Shown here: piece after piece, positions 18,245 to 29,011 of the stretch
Layout: each line of letters starts with the position of its first letter
Numbering within the stretch: position 1 is the first letter of the stretch
Assembly (NCBI GenBank): GCA_019347715.1
Contig: JAHWKU010000007.1
Span: forward strand, 8,349 to 72,348
Direction: 5' to 3'
DNA from: Actinomycetota bacterium
GTDB lineage: Bacteria > Actinomycetota > CADDZG01 > JAHWKV01
Length of the DNA: 64,000 bases
Position numbers and translations under genes: made by a program
The notes under the pieces: generated by a model
What the model saw: only the letters and a program-made list of their open reading frames with translations
Databases searched by the model: none
What the model was told of the DNA's origin: nothing

Positions 18245-20737
18245 TCAGTTGGTCAGGAGCCTGTCAGGGATCGTCGTAACGTCGCCGGCCCCCAGTGAGA
18301 CGACGACGTCTCCCTCCCTGGCTTCCCCCTTTATATATATGGCGGCCTGCTCGAGAGTGGGGAGGTAGGCGACCTTCCGGCCAGGCGCAGCCTCACACAC
18401 CGCGTCGGCCACGAGCTTGCCTGTTACGCCTGGGATCGGCTCTTCTCTCGCCGGATAGACGTCGGTGACGACTACCAGGTCTGCAAGAGATAGCGCAGCA
18501 CCGAACTCGGTCGCCATCAATCTTGTTCTGCTATAGAGGTGCGGCTGAAAAACTGCGATCAATCTGCCCCTTGCTCCCGGAAATGCCATAAGCGTTGCTT
18601 CCACCTCGGAAGGCAGATGGGCGTAGTCGTCGTATACCGCCGTGCCGTCGAGCCAGCCACGAAACTCCATGCGCCGGGAGACACCGCGAAAGGAAGAAAG
18701 TCCAGCCGCGATCACTTCTGGATCGACGCCTGCTCGCACGGAGGCCGCTAGAGCTGCAAGCGCGTTCGAAGCGTTATGACGGCCGCGCGCAGTGAGCGGG
18801 ATCACGAGGTCGTACGGCCAGCCGATCTCCAGCCGCAAGCCCTCGGCTGTCTGATGAACCACACCCTTCACGTCGGCTGTCTCCGAGAAACCGTATGTCG
18901 TGAGATTGGGATGGTCTCTTCCTATCTCAACGGCCGTCTCATCGTCGGAGCAGACCACAACGGCTTCGCTCTGAGAGGCGAATTGAGAAAACGCCGATCG
19001 ATACGATTCGACCGACCCGTAGTGATCGAGATGATCGACATCCACGTTCGTGATCACTCCAACCGCAGGGTGAAGGTTGAGAAAGGTGCCGTATGCCTCA
19101 TCGGCCTCCACCACGGCCCACTCCCCCGCTCCGGACCGTCCGGCTGCCCCAAGACCTACCGGATCACCGCCAATTAAATAGGTTGGATCCAGACCGGCTT
19201 CAGCGAGGACGGTTGCAATCATCGCTACTGTGGTCGTCTTTCCGTGGGTTCCGGTAACCCCAATCACCTTTTGACCAGAGAACATCTTTGCGATGGCCTC
19301 TCCTCTCCACAACACGGGAATCCCTCTTGCTCGAGCCTCGGCGATCTCGGGGTTATCTTCACCAACCGCGGTGGAGACGATCACAGCCTCGGCGGCATCG
19401 ACCAATGAAGCGTCGTGGCCGGCGACCGCCTTTATCCCGCCTGCCTCGAGACGCGCCAGCACATCGGAATCATTGCGGTCCGAGCCGGTCACTTCGGATC
19501 CTCTCGCTCTCAGGATCAGCGCCATCGCGCTCATCCCGGCTCCGCCTATCCCCACCATGTGGACCTTCCCCCATGGGGCTTCCTGCTTGGTGCCGGGAGG
19601 GCGGTGCTCTTCCGGAAAAGTCTCGAGGGTCTCCTGGCCCGCTGTTTCTGCTACGACATCGGCCAGAAGGACGACAGCATCGGGGCGTGCCAGCGCTTTC
19701 GCCCGCTTGGCCATTTCGTCGAGCAGCTCCGGGTCGGAGAGCATCTCGGAGACCCGGCGGGTCAATTCGGAGCGGAGATCTTTATCGGGAACCATCTGCC
19801 CGGCCCCCGCTGTAACAACTGCCTCGGCGTTTTTTCGTTGATCATCGTCGAGAGCAATCGGAAGGGGAACGTAGATTGCCGGGACACCGGCCGCCGTCAT
19901 TTCCGCGATCGTCGAAGCGCCGGCCCTGCAGATCGCTAGATCGGCCACGGCATAGACAAGGTCCATTCGGTCTGTGAAGGGATAAGCCTTCCAAACCACT
20001 CGGTCATCGGTGCGTCTAAAGTCCCCTAAGGCTTGGGATACTTCCTCAAAGCGATCTCTTCCGGTCAGGTGCAGAACCTGGACTGTCTCTTCGAACCGCC
20101 ACCTCACATACAGGTCGAGAACTGCCTCGTTGATGCTCCGGGCACCCTGGCTTCCTCCCGTTACGACAATGGTGATTCTGCCGGGAGCGAGTCCAAAGGC
20201 ACCGATGGCCTCCTGCCGCATAGATGCGCGATCTATTGAGGCGATTTCCCGCCTGACTGGGTTTCCCGTCAGCACCGCCTTTTCCCCGAATCTCTCTTCA
20301 CTGCCTGGGAAAGAAACCGCCACAGCTCTGGCGAAGCGCCCCGCGACGCGGTTGGCCAGTCCCGGAACAGCATTCTGTTCGTGAACCACAACAGGAATCC
20401 GGTGGATCGCAGCCGCGAAGACCACGGGGAGGCTGACGTAACCGCCCGTGCCGACGACAACATCCGGGTTGAACCTGGCCAGAATTACAAGACAGCGCGC
20501 CGTGGCTTTCAGGAGCCTTGCGATCGCCCGAACATTGCGGATCGAGATCCCCTTGCCGCGCCCGGAGATGAGTACCGTCTCCAACCGGAACCCGGCGCTC
20601 GGAACTATTTCGACCTCAGGCCCCCGCGAAGAACCAATGAAGAGGATGTCGTGTCCTCGCTCCCGCATCACCATGCCAAGAGCGATGCCGGGATGCAGAT
20701 GCCCGGCGGTCCCCCCGCCGGCGATGACCAATTTCAT
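18245..20737 (-). CDS. murG-murC: fused MurG (GlcNAc transferase)-MurC (UDP-MurNAc-L-Ala ligase), 830 aa
   Basis: GGGTAGH, HEQNAVPG, TGNPVR, GGSQGA, RAGAST, then after a linker VHMVGIGGAGMS, GTHGKTTT, EADE, DHLDHY, DDYAH, FQPHLYSRT with no intervening stop; start at the TAATG overlap with ftsW. Confidence 0.93.
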   Translation of the reverse strand: MKLVIAGGGTAGHLHPGIALGMVMRERGHDILFIGSSRGPEVEIVPSAGFRLETVLISGRGKGISIRNVRAIARLLKATARCLVILARFNPDVVVGTGGYVSLPVVFAAAIHRIPVVVHEQNAVPGLANRVAGRFARAVAVSFPGSEERFGEKAVLTGNPVRREIASIDRASMRQEAIGAFGLAPGRITIVVTGGSQGARSINEAVLDLYVRWRFEETVQVLHLTGRDRFEEVSQALGDFRRTDDRVVWKAYPFTDRMDLVYAVADLAICRAGASTIAEMTAAGVPAIYVPLPIALDDDQRKNAEAVVTAGAGQMVPDKDLRSELTRRVSEMLSDPELLDEMAKRAKALARPDAVVLLADVVAETAGQETLETFPEEHRPPGTKQEAPWGKVHMVGIGGAGMSAMALILRARGSEVTGSDRNDSDVLARLEAGGIKAVAGHDASLVDAAEAVIVSTAVGEDNPEIAEARARGIPVLWRGEAIAKMFSGQKVIGVTGTHGKTTTVAMIATVLAEAGLDPTYLIGGDPVGLGAAGRSGAGEWAVVEADEAYGTFLNLHPAVGVITNVDVDHLDHYGSVESYRSAFSQFASQSEAVVVCSDDETAVEIGRDHPNLTTYGFSETADVKGVVHQTAEGLRLEIGWPYDLVIPLTARGRHNASNALAALAASVRAGVDPEVIAAGLSSFRGVSRRMEFRGWLDGTAVYDDYAHLPSEVEATLMAFPGARGRLIAVFQPHLYSRTRLMATEFGAALSLADLVVVTDVYPAREEPIPGVTGKLVADAVCEAAPGRKVAYLPTLEQAAIYIKGEAREGDVVVSLGAGDVTTIPDRLLTN

Positions 20738-21858
20738 TATGAGGACTTCCGGGACCTGGCTATAGATAAAAGGATGCCGATGGCTGCCATCGTGAATACC
20801 AGCGATGAGCCGCCGAAAGATATAAGCGGGAGAGGAACACCGGTGATGGGGAGAATCCCCGTGACGGCCCCCATATTGATGAGAGCCTGTATTCCGATCC
20901 AGCCGGTGATGCCTCCGGCTACCAGATACCCGAACCTGTCCGGGGCTTTCCTGGCGATCCTTACTCCCAGATAGATGAAGAAGACGAAAAGAAGCAAGGT
21001 CGCCATGGTCCCAACGAGTCCGAGCTCCTCGCCAAGGATCGCGAAGATGAAATCGGTATGAGCATTCGGTACATACGACCATTTCTGACGGCTGGCGCCC
21101 AATCCCAGGCCGAAAAGCCCGCCACTGCCTAGCGCGATCTGTCCCTGGATCGTCTGGTATCCGGTGTTCAACGGATCCGACCATGGGTTCAGATAGGAAA
21201 ACAACCTGGCTCTTCTGTACCCCTCGCCCATGATGACGGCGATAGTCATCAGGAGTCCACCCCCGAACAGCAGAACTAGATGTTTGGTGCGCGCGCCCGC
21301 CAAAAACACGACAACCATGACCGCAAGTGCGGTGATGAGAGTCGTTCCAAGGTCGGGCTGGGCCATGATCAGCAGACAAACGAGTCCCAAAACAGCGAAC
21401 ACCGGAAGCATCAGTTCCTTGAAGTCCAGGATCTTCTTGCCTTTGCGGTCGAGGACATGTGCCGTGAACAGCAGCAGCGTCAGCTTGGTCAATTCCGATG
21501 GCTGCAGGGTTATCGGACCGAAAACAAGCCAGCGGCTCGATCCACCTCTGGTAACTCCAACACCGGGAATCAATACGGCGGCGAGCAGCGCCACGGAGAT
21601 AACCATGGCGGGACGGGCAAAACGGCGAAGCTTCCGATGATCGGTGCGGGCTAAAAGCAGCATGACGGCTACACCAATCAGAGTTCCGAGGACCTGGCGG
21701 TTGAAGAACATGAAGGAGCTGCCGTATCGCTGGAAGGCTTCGACCGATGATGCGGAGAGAATCATCACCAGGCCGATCACCAGCATGGCCACCGAAGTGG
21801 CGATCAGCAAGACGAACGGGTTACCGAGACGGCGCTCGGCCAGCGACGACCCGCTCAT
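20737..21858 (-). CDS. ftsW: SEDS glycosyltransferase FtsW
   Basis: SRW, QPSELTK, QPDLGT, GYQ, PNAHTDFIFAILGEELG, TGVPLPLISFGGSS. Confidence 0.96.
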   Translation of the reverse strand: MSGSSLAERRLGNPFVLLIATSVAMLVIGLVMILSASSVEAFQRYGSSFMFFNRQVLGTLIGVAVMLLLARTDHRKLRRFARPAMVISVALLAAVLIPGVGVTRGGSSRWLVFGPITLQPSELTKLTLLLFTAHVLDRKGKKILDFKELMLPVFAVLGLVCLLIMAQPDLGTTLITALAVMVVVFLAGARTKHLVLLFGGGLLMTIAVIMGEGYRRARLFSYLNPWSDPLNTGYQTIQGQIALGSGGLFGLGLGASRQKWSYVPNAHTDFIFAILGEELGLVGTMATLLLFVFFIYLGVRIARKAPDRFGYLVAGGITGWIGIQALINMGAVTGILPITGVPLPLISFGGSSLVFTMAAIGILLSIARSRKSS

Positions 21859-23261
21859 AGGGCCATGACCGCTCTCTGGAACCGATCTCCTCTTTCGGCA
21901 TAACTCGAGTACTGGTCCCAGCTCGCACACCCGGGCGACAGCAGCACCGTGTCTCCCGGCGAAGCCAGCTTGGCGGCATGAGCCACGGCTTCTTCGACGG
22001 TGCCTGCCCTCTCGATAGGGAGCATTCCGGCGAACAGCTTTTCGAGCTTTTCTGCCGTTTCGCCCATGACCACAAGTCCCTTCAAGCGGTCTCTAGCCTC
22101 CAACAGAGGTGACAGGTCGAGCCCCCTGTCCTGTCCGCCGGCAATGAGAACGACATCGCGGGTGTCCTTGAGGGCCATCATCGCTGCATGCGGATTGGTC
22201 GCCTTCGAATCATCGATGTATCTGATCGATCCCACCTCTCTCACGAACGCCATGCGGTGAGGCAGCCCGTGGAACGAGGAGACCGCTCTAGAAAAATCCG
22301 AAGCTTGCACGCGGTACTCCGAACAGACGGCTGCCGCCGCTAACACATTTTCGAGGTTGTGGGCCCCCTGGAGGCGGATATCCGAGATGGACATGAGGTC
22401 CGATACCCTGCCGCGATGGTGAAGCTTGATCCTTCCTGCGGAGCATCCAGCTATCACCTCTGGTGGTCTCGCCAGACGGCTGCGGGCTGCACTGCGAATC
22501 TGCTCGATCTCAGAGCTCCCAAACACCGACAGCCTTGCCTTCGATCCCTCTGCGATCTGAAGACAGGCCGGATCAAAGGCATTCACGATCAAAGTGTCCT
22601 CGTCTCCCTGGTTTTCGGTGATCCGCGCTTTGGCAGCAAGATAGTCATCGAAGCCTGGATGCCAGTCGTAGTGATCGTCGCCGAGGTTCAAAACCACAGC
22701 CACGCGCGGCCGGAACTGATCGATGAAGTAAAGCTGGAAGCTGGAAACCTCGCACACGATCGTCCTGCCTTCCGTGTGGTGCCTCACCACTTCAACGAAC
22801 GGAACTCCAATGTTGCCGGCAGAGATGGCGGGAATCCCCGCCGTTTCGAGGATGTCGGTGACGAGAGTCGTAGTTGTGGTCTTCCCATTCGTTCCAGTTA
22901 TCGCGATGACAGGAGCTCGTGAAAGCCGCCAGCCCAGTTCCAGCTCACTCCATACCCTGATCCCCCGATCGACCGCCGCCTTCAAGAAGAAGTTGGTGGG
23001 AGGCAGGCCCGGGCTCGCCACCACGACATCAGCCCAATCGAGGAGGGAAAGGTCTGTCCCACCGAGAGTTACCCTGGTACCCGAAGCCGAGAGCTCCGCT
23101 GCGAATGCCGCCAGCTCATCGTCCGGCTCCACTCCGGGCTCGAGATGATGGAACACGGCGACTTCCAGCTCCCGGTCGATCAAAGCCCTGACCGAAGCCC
23201 TGCCGCTCATCCCGAGGCCAACGACAACGAACCTCTCGAAGTCGTCGAATGGCATCGGCAT
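21855..23261 (-). CDS. murD: UDP-MurNAc-L-Ala--D-Glu ligase
   Basis: GLGMSG, ITGTNGKTTTT, GNIG, EVSSFQL, DDSKATN, LLSPGCASWDQY. Confidence 0.96.
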   Translation of the reverse strand: MPMPFDDFERFVVVGLGMSGRASVRALIDRELEVAVFHHLEPGVEPDDELAAFAAELSASGTRVTLGGTDLSLLDWADVVVASPGLPPTNFFLKAAVDRGIRVWSELELGWRLSRAPVIAITGTNGKTTTTTLVTDILETAGIPAISAGNIGVPFVEVVRHHTEGRTIVCEVSSFQLYFIDQFRPRVAVVLNLGDDHYDWHPGFDDYLAAKARITENQGDEDTLIVNAFDPACLQIAEGSKARLSVFGSSEIEQIRSAARSRLARPPEVIAGCSAGRIKLHHRGRVSDLMSISDIRLQGAHNLENVLAAAAVCSEYRVQASDFSRAVSSFHGLPHRMAFVREVGSIRYIDDSKATNPHAAMMALKDTRDVVLIAGGQDRGLDLSPLLEARDRLKGLVVMGETAEKLEKLFAGMLPIERAGTVEEAVAHAAKLASPGDTVLLSPGCASWDQYSSYAERGDRFQRAVMAL

Positions 23262-24364
23262 CAGTCGATACCGCCCTGCGCGATGAAGTCTGCATAGAAC
23301 AGGCCGAGACCGAATGCGATCGATAGGCCGGCCAGAATCCAGAACCTGACTATGACCGTGAACTCGGGCCAGCCAATTAGCTCGAAATGATGATGTACCG
23401 GCGCCATCAGGAACAGACGGCGTTTGAAGAGACGGAAGGAGATCACCTGAACTATGACCGACGTAACTTCAATGACATACAGCCCGCCCAGCACTATCAG
23501 CAACAATTGGGTATTCGTCAGAATCGCGAGGGCTCCCATGGCGCCGCCGAGCGCGAGAGAACCGGTATCTCCCATGAAGATCTTGGCCGGAGCCGCGTTC
23601 CACCATAGAAAACCCGATGCGGCGCCGAGCATGCTTGCCGCTACCATGGCAAGGTCGAGAGAGTCCGGTGCCAGATAGCAGCCGCTTGCGGGTACGGGAT
23701 CGCATGGATGGCGCACCTGCCAGAAGGCGATGATGACGTATGCGGCCATGACCATGGCAGCCGAGCCGCTTGCCAGTCCGTCGAGACCGTCGGCAAGGTT
23801 CACTCCATTCGATGCCGCGGAGATGATCAGGAACACCCATGCAAAAAACAGCACACCGAGGTCGAGGCCGAGCGGACGCACGAATGAAACCTGAGGCTGA
23901 GCCTGAGTCTCCAGTATCCCCGCTAGGTACGCGAACCCAAGTGCGATGGTTACCTGACCAATGATCTTTGAGGTCTTGCTAAGACCGAGCGACCGCTGCT
24001 TTCTGACCTTCAAGTAGTCGTCGATCAATCCCAGCCCAGCCATCGCGACGATCATCGTCATGGCCAGAAGCCCAGAAGACGTAAACGGAGTAACACAATC
24101 TCGCAACGTAATGGGGCCCGGATCGTTCACGGCCCGGAAACACTCTAGAACCCGCAAGTGCGCGACGATCCAAGCCAGGAAGGCGCCCCCGATGATCACG
24201 ATCCCTCCCATGGTGGGAGTTCCCTTCTTGACGAAGTGAGCTTGCGGACCGTCTTCTCGGATCTGCTGTCCAAAGCGGTGCCTTTTGAATATTCGAATCG
24301 CTAGGGGTGTGCCGAACAGGGCAAGGATCAGCGAGAGGCTCGAGGCGAGCAGGATGTTCGTCAA
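23261..24364 (-). CDS. mraY: phospho-N-acetylmuramoyl-pentapeptide transferase
   Basis: KKGTPTMGG, IDDYLK, NGVNLADGLDGL, FMGDTGS, MAPVHHHFE. Confidence 0.97.
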   Translation of the reverse strand: MTNILLASSLSLILALFGTPLAIRIFKRHRFGQQIREDGPQAHFVKKGTPTMGGIVIIGGAFLAWIVAHLRVLECFRAVNDPGPITLRDCVTPFTSSGLLAMTMIVAMAGLGLIDDYLKVRKQRSLGLSKTSKIIGQVTIALGFAYLAGILETQAQPQVSFVRPLGLDLGVLFFAWVFLIISAASNGVNLADGLDGLASGSAAMVMAAYVIIAFWQVRHPCDPVPASGCYLAPDSLDLAMVAASMLGAASGFLWWNAAPAKIFMGDTGSLALGGAMGALAILTNTQLLLIVLGGLYVIEVTSVIVQVISFRLFKRRLFLMAPVHHHFELIGWPEFTVIVRFWILAGLSIAFGLGLFYADFIAQGGID

Positions 24365-25737
24365 GCTCCCACCACCTCGGTCTTTATCCGATCGACGAGT
24401 CCTTCCAATCGCTCCGATCTCGACGCTTTAACCAGAACCAGATCACCCGGTTTCAGGTCCGTCAGCTCGCGGACGGCTCCAGCCGCATCCTCGACCGAAA
24501 CCACATCGGCCATTCCAGCATCCATTGCACCTTTGGCGATCCCTAGCGATCGAGGTCCAACGACGATCAACTTGTCTGTGGCCGATGCAGCGATTCGACC
24601 TGCCTTCAGATGCGCATCCTCAGAGAGATGTCCGAGCTCGGCCATGAAGCCGAGGACCGCGATCAGCCTCCCCCCGGGACGCCGCATCGCAGAACAGGTC
24701 TCGATTGCTGCAGCCACCGAATCTGGACCGGCGTTCCATGCGTCGTTCAAAAATGTGATCCCGCCTTGCGTGGTGACCTCCATCCGGAATGGTGACCCCT
24801 TGGCGGATTCGAGACCGGCGGCGCAGTCCTCCAGAGAGAGGCCGAGAGCGATTCCAACTGCTGCTGCCGCAAGCGCGTTTGGCACCTGTTGCCTGCCGGA
24901 AGATTGAAGTTGCACTCTTTGACGAGCTCCTGCGTGTGAGATTTCAAAAGACGGCCGGGCGTCTGAGTCGAGTCTTACATCGTGTCCGCGGACCTGGGAT
25001 TCAAGGCTAAGGCCAAAGGTCAAGATCTCTGCCGCCGAGCGTCCCTTCATCGCCATCGCCAGCCCATCGTCGGCATTAAGAACCGCCACTCCTCCCTCCG
25101 GAAGAGACGAGATCAATTCACCTTTCGTCCTGGCAATGGAATCCTGAGAGCCGAATACTTCGATATGAGTGATCCCGACATTGGTCACGACCCCTACCTG
25201 AGGACGAACGTACTCACACAACTCGGCGATCTGTCCCTTTCCCCGCGCTGCTAGTTCCACGACCAGCAACTCCGTGCCGGGATCGGCGCTCAACAGAGTG
25301 AGCGGAACCCCTACCTCATTGTTGTAACTCCGTTCCGTCGCTACCGTGCGAAACTTGCGCGCCGCTACGGAAGACGTGTAGTCCTTGGTTGAGGTTTTAC
25401 CAATCGATCCGGTTATCCCGACGACTATCGGATCGACCACGTCGCGGTTGAAAGACGCGATCCTGGCGAGCCCAGCCTGCACGTCGTCGACGACGATCCT
25501 TCGATCTGGCGATTCGTCATCTCCTTCGGAGCACAGGGCGGCAGGAGCTCCCTTTCGAATTGCCTCAACTATGAAGTCGTGCCCGTCCAGGACCTGTCCC
25601 TTCAATGCGGCGAAGATGATTCCGGGACCGGCTCGTCTGGAATCGACCGTCACGCCGCTTACCTCAGCCTTCGGATCGAGCAGCCCTGTGACCCGGCCCC
25701 TAGAGACTCGGATGATGTCGGAGAGCCGCGCTTTCAT
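24361..25737 (-). CDS. murF: UDP-MurNAc-tripeptide--D-Ala-D-Ala ligase
   Basis: DSR, DGHDF, ITGSIGKTSTK, NNEVGVP, NDAWNA, MAELG, VKASR. Confidence 0.95.
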   Translation of the reverse strand: MKARLSDIIRVSRGRVTGLLDPKAEVSGVTVDSRRAGPGIIFAALKGQVLDGHDFIVEAIRKGAPAALCSEGDDESPDRRIVVDDVQAGLARIASFNRDVVDPIVVGITGSIGKTSTKDYTSSVAARKFRTVATERSYNNEVGVPLTLLSADPGTELLVVELAARGKGQIAELCEYVRPQVGVVTNVGITHIEVFGSQDSIARTKGELISSLPEGGVAVLNADDGLAMAMKGRSAAEILTFGLSLESQVRGHDVRLDSDARPSFEISHAGARQRVQLQSSGRQQVPNALAAAAVGIALGLSLEDCAAGLESAKGSPFRMEVTTQGGITFLNDAWNAGPDSVAAAIETCSAMRRPGGRLIAVLGFMAELGHLSEDAHLKAGRIAASATDKLIVVGPRSLGIAKGAMDAGMADVVSVEDAAGAVRELTDLKPGDLVLVKASRSERLEGLVDRIKTEVVGA

Positions 25738-27191
25738 CGTTGCAGAGCCGCTCTCGCGACCTCGCGATCGTCGAAAGGGATCTTCGTATCCGCGAACTCC
25801 TGGCCGGTTTCGTGTCCCTTTCCCGCGATCACTACGACATCGCCGGATCGGGATTCTGAGATCGCTGCCTGGATGGCTTCGGCCCGGTCGGAGATAGCGA
25901 CATATCCGCCGGAAGGTGGGGCTTTGATGATCCCCGTCAATATCTGATCGATAATCTGGGACGGTTCCTCACTGCGCGGATTGTCCGAGGTTACATAGAC
26001 ACGGTCGGCAATGGAAGCCGCAACGCGCCCCATCTCAGGGCGTTTTCCCGAATCCCGATCGCCGCCACATCCAAATACGACCCTCAGCTCTCCAAGGCAG
26101 ATCTCCCTGGCGAAACGAAGAACGTTGTCAAGTCCATCGGGGGTATGTGCGTAGTCGACGACCACCATGAAGTCCTGGCCCTCGTCAACTCGCTCGAACC
26201 TTCCCGGTACCCCCTTCAGAGAGGAAAGCCCCGACCGGATCGCCTCTTCGGGCAAACCAACAGCTCGCGCCGCGCCTGCTGCTGCTATCGCATTCAACAC
26301 GTTGAACCTTGCCGGCATGAGCACTTCCAGCTCCAGTCGCATCCCCATTCCGACCGCGAGAAATTTGGTTCCCCCTGGAATCGCCCGAACGCTCTCCGCA
26401 ACCAGATCCGCGTCGCGTTCCACGGAGTAGGTCAAAACTTTCGAAGTGACCTCTTGGGTGAGTCTTCTCCCCCATTGGTCATCGATATTGATCAGCGACA
26501 GAGGAGTACGCTCCGCCAAGAAGAGTCTCCGCTTGGCCTCGTAGTACTCCTCCATCGAACCGTGAAAATTCAGATGATCCTGAGAAAGGTTCGTGAAAAC
26601 AGCCACGTCGAAGTCGCACCCTTCGATGCGGCCCTGGCTGATACCAATGGACGTCACTTCCAGAGCGCAGGTGGCGACTGAAGCGCGCGTCATCGCCCTG
26701 AAGAGACGCTGGAGGTCCGAGGACTCGGGAGTCCCTATCGGAGCCGGATAGGCAGAGTCGGCGACCCTGCGTTCGATCGTTCCAACGAGGCCGGTCTTCT
26801 CACCGGAGGCCCGAGCGATCGATTCGACCATATAGGTCGTAGTGGTTTTCCCATTCGTTCCCGTGACGCCAACGAGCTTGATCTCGCGGCTGGGGTGACC
26901 GAAGAATGGGGCCGCCACATGGTTCATCACTCCTCGTATGTCGGAGGTGACCAGATGGGGCACGGGGGCACCGGTATCCCTTTCCGCAACGACGGCTGCC
27001 GCGCCTGTACTCACCGCTTGGTTGGCAAGGTCATGTCGATCGACCTTATCGCCGGGAATGCAGAAGAACAACGAGCCGGGGATGACTTCTCTGGAGTCGT
27101 AATGGAGATCGGTGATCTCCGGATCGGCTGAGAGATGACCGTCCGAACCCACGAGTGATGCAATCTCGCTGAGTCTCATGGCCGTCAGCAT
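25734..27191 (-). CDS. murE: UDP-MurNAc-dipeptide--meso-DAP ligase
   Basis: GTNGKTTT, FTNLSQDHL, VDYAHTPD, GCGGDRD, DNPR (DAP-type motif), AGKGHE. Confidence 0.96.
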   Translation of the reverse strand: MLTAMRLSEIASLVGSDGHLSADPEITDLHYDSREVIPGSLFFCIPGDKVDRHDLANQAVSTGAAAVVAERDTGAPVPHLVTSDIRGVMNHVAAPFFGHPSREIKLVGVTGTNGKTTTTYMVESIARASGEKTGLVGTIERRVADSAYPAPIGTPESSDLQRLFRAMTRASVATCALEVTSIGISQGRIEGCDFDVAVFTNLSQDHLNFHGSMEEYYEAKRRLFLAERTPLSLINIDDQWGRRLTQEVTSKVLTYSVERDADLVAESVRAIPGGTKFLAVGMGMRLELEVLMPARFNVLNAIAAAGAARAVGLPEEAIRSGLSSLKGVPGRFERVDEGQDFMVVVDYAHTPDGLDNVLRFAREICLGELRVVFGCGGDRDSGKRPEMGRVAASIADRVYVTSDNPRSEEPSQIIDQILTGIIKAPPSGGYVAISDRAEAIQAAISESRSGDVVVIAGKGHETGQEFADTKIPFDDREVARAALQR

Positions 27192-27202
27192 CGCGCATCG
27201 CT

Positions 27203-29011
27203 CTAATCGGCGGTCCCGTCGTGGACGGGGGGGCCGGCCTCAGGATCGGGCGCAGCCTTAGCGACATCTCCGGAACGGTCCGGGGTCGGGAGGGGTGTTC
27301 CTTCCAAAGGAAGGACCGGCCCCGGACCGATCCCGAGATGCCTTAACGAGAACTGCATGACCTCTTTGAATGCTGGACCTGCCGTGACTCCACCCCAGAT
27401 CGGGCTGGGCTCGTCGAGGATCACACCAACCACGAGCTGAGGGTCACCAGCTGGAGCGAATCCGATGAACGATCCGATATACCCGGCATAGCCTGCCTGC
27501 CCGTCGGTACGCGGTTTCTGGGCCGTTCCGGTCTTCCCTGCGACCTGATACCCAGGAATCGCCGCAGCTTTCCCAGTCCCGTGCTCGCCCTCGGTGACGC
27601 GCACCAGGATGCTCGCAAGCTGTTTGGCGGTCTTGCTCATGATCACCCTGCGGGTTGCAGCAGGGGGTGACTGTCTTCTCTTTCCATTCGAGTCAATGGT
27701 CGCTGCCAGCAGCCTTGGCTGAACCGCGACGCCGGCGTTGGCAACGGTCCCATACACGTTCATGATCTGCATTCCGGTGACCGCCACGCCCTGACCGATG
27801 GGGATCGTACCCATCGAGGTGCTCCACCAGTTCGCGGTATCGGGCAGGATGCCGCCGGACTCTCCTGGAAAGTCCAGACCAGTCGGCCTTCCATAGCCAA
27901 ACCTGGACAGGTATTCGTGCAGGCGTTCTTTCCCGAGGTCGAGGGCGACCTTGATCGTCCCAATGTTCGAAGATTGCTCGATGACTTCGGCAAACGACAG
28001 CTTCAGGGTCGGGTGCGGGTGTGCGTCTCGGAACACCTTGTTGGATAGGCGCAGGTTATCGGGAACCGTCAACACGTCATCGGGAGCGACCACTCCGCTT
28101 TCGAGAGCGGCCGCAGCAGTGATTACCTTGTTGGCCGATCCAGGCTCGAAGACGTCAACGAGTGCGCGATTTTTTCGCTGATCTGGCGAGCTCATGCCGA
28201 CTTCATTCGGATCGAATGTGGGACTGTTGGCAAGAGCGAGAATCTCACCCGTCCCCGGCTTCATAACGATGATCGTGCCTCCCTTAGCCGACCACTTTTG
28301 CACCGAGCTTTCGAGGACGGTTTCGGCAATGAACTGGATCTCTCGGTCCAAAGTGAGGACGAGATCGTCCCCCGCAGTGGGCTGACGCACGAAGGATTTA
28401 CCTGCCGGAATGGGCCGGCCCGCTGGGTCTCGCTCCATGAACAGCTCTCCCGGTGCGCCGCGGAGCAGCCCGTCGTAACGTTCTTCGAGCGCCCCCAGTC
28501 CGTTGTTGTCCATCCCAACGAATCCGATGACGTGGGCCGCAAGCTGCCCGGCAGGATAAAACCGCTTGGACTCATTGACGGCGTCAACCCCAGGGATGCC
28601 AAGGGCAATCGCCTGCTCGGCAACTTCCTCATCGACTTTGCGGGCGACGTAAACGAAACCTCGGTCTTCGGAAAGCCGCGATTCCAGCTCAGCTCGGTCA
28701 ACTCCAACGACGGCTGCCAGCGACTCCGCCGCCGCTTTGGGATCGGTGATCAAGCGGGGATTGGCATAAAGAGTCTTCATGTCTCTCGATAGCGCAAGCT
28801 CAGAACCATCGCGGTCGTAGATAGAACCCCGCTGCGCCGCCAGCACGATGCGCCTCTCCCTCTGTTCCGCGGCAAGGTCGGAAAACCGATCCGCCGCAAG
28901 GGCCTGGACGTACACGAGCCTCCCGGCGATCCCTGTAAGGCTCATCGTTAGGACGACCAGTACGACGAGAACCCGGCTGCGCGAGACGGCCTTTGCCTTC
29001 TTCGCGCTCAT
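27203..29011 (-). CDS. ftsI: class B penicillin-binding protein (septal transpeptidase)
   Basis: RGSIYDR, EPGSANK (SxxK), SSN, GKTGT. Confidence 0.95.
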   Translation of the reverse strand: MSAKKAKAVSRSRVLVVLVVLTMSLTGIAGRLVYVQALAADRFSDLAAEQRERRIVLAAQRGSIYDRDGSELALSRDMKTLYANPRLITDPKAAAESLAAVVGVDRAELESRLSEDRGFVYVARKVDEEVAEQAIALGIPGVDAVNESKRFYPAGQLAAHVIGFVGMDNNGLGALEERYDGLLRGAPGELFMERDPAGRPIPAGKSFVRQPTAGDDLVLTLDREIQFIAETVLESSVQKWSAKGGTIIVMKPGTGEILALANSPTFDPNEVGMSSPDQRKNRALVDVFEPGSANKVITAAAALESGVVAPDDVLTVPDNLRLSNKVFRDAHPHPTLKLSFAEVIEQSSNIGTIKVALDLGKERLHEYLSRFGYGRPTGLDFPGESGGILPDTANWWSTSMGTIPIGQGVAVTGMQIMNVYGTVANAGVAVQPRLLAATIDSNGKRRQSPPAATRRVIMSKTAKQLASILVRVTEGEHGTGKAAAIPGYQVAGKTGTAQKPRTDGQAGYAGYIGSFIGFAPAGDPQLVVGVILDEPSPIWGGVTAGPAFKEVMQFSLRHLGIGPGPVLPLEGTPLPTPDRSGDVAKAAPDPEAGPPVHDGTAD

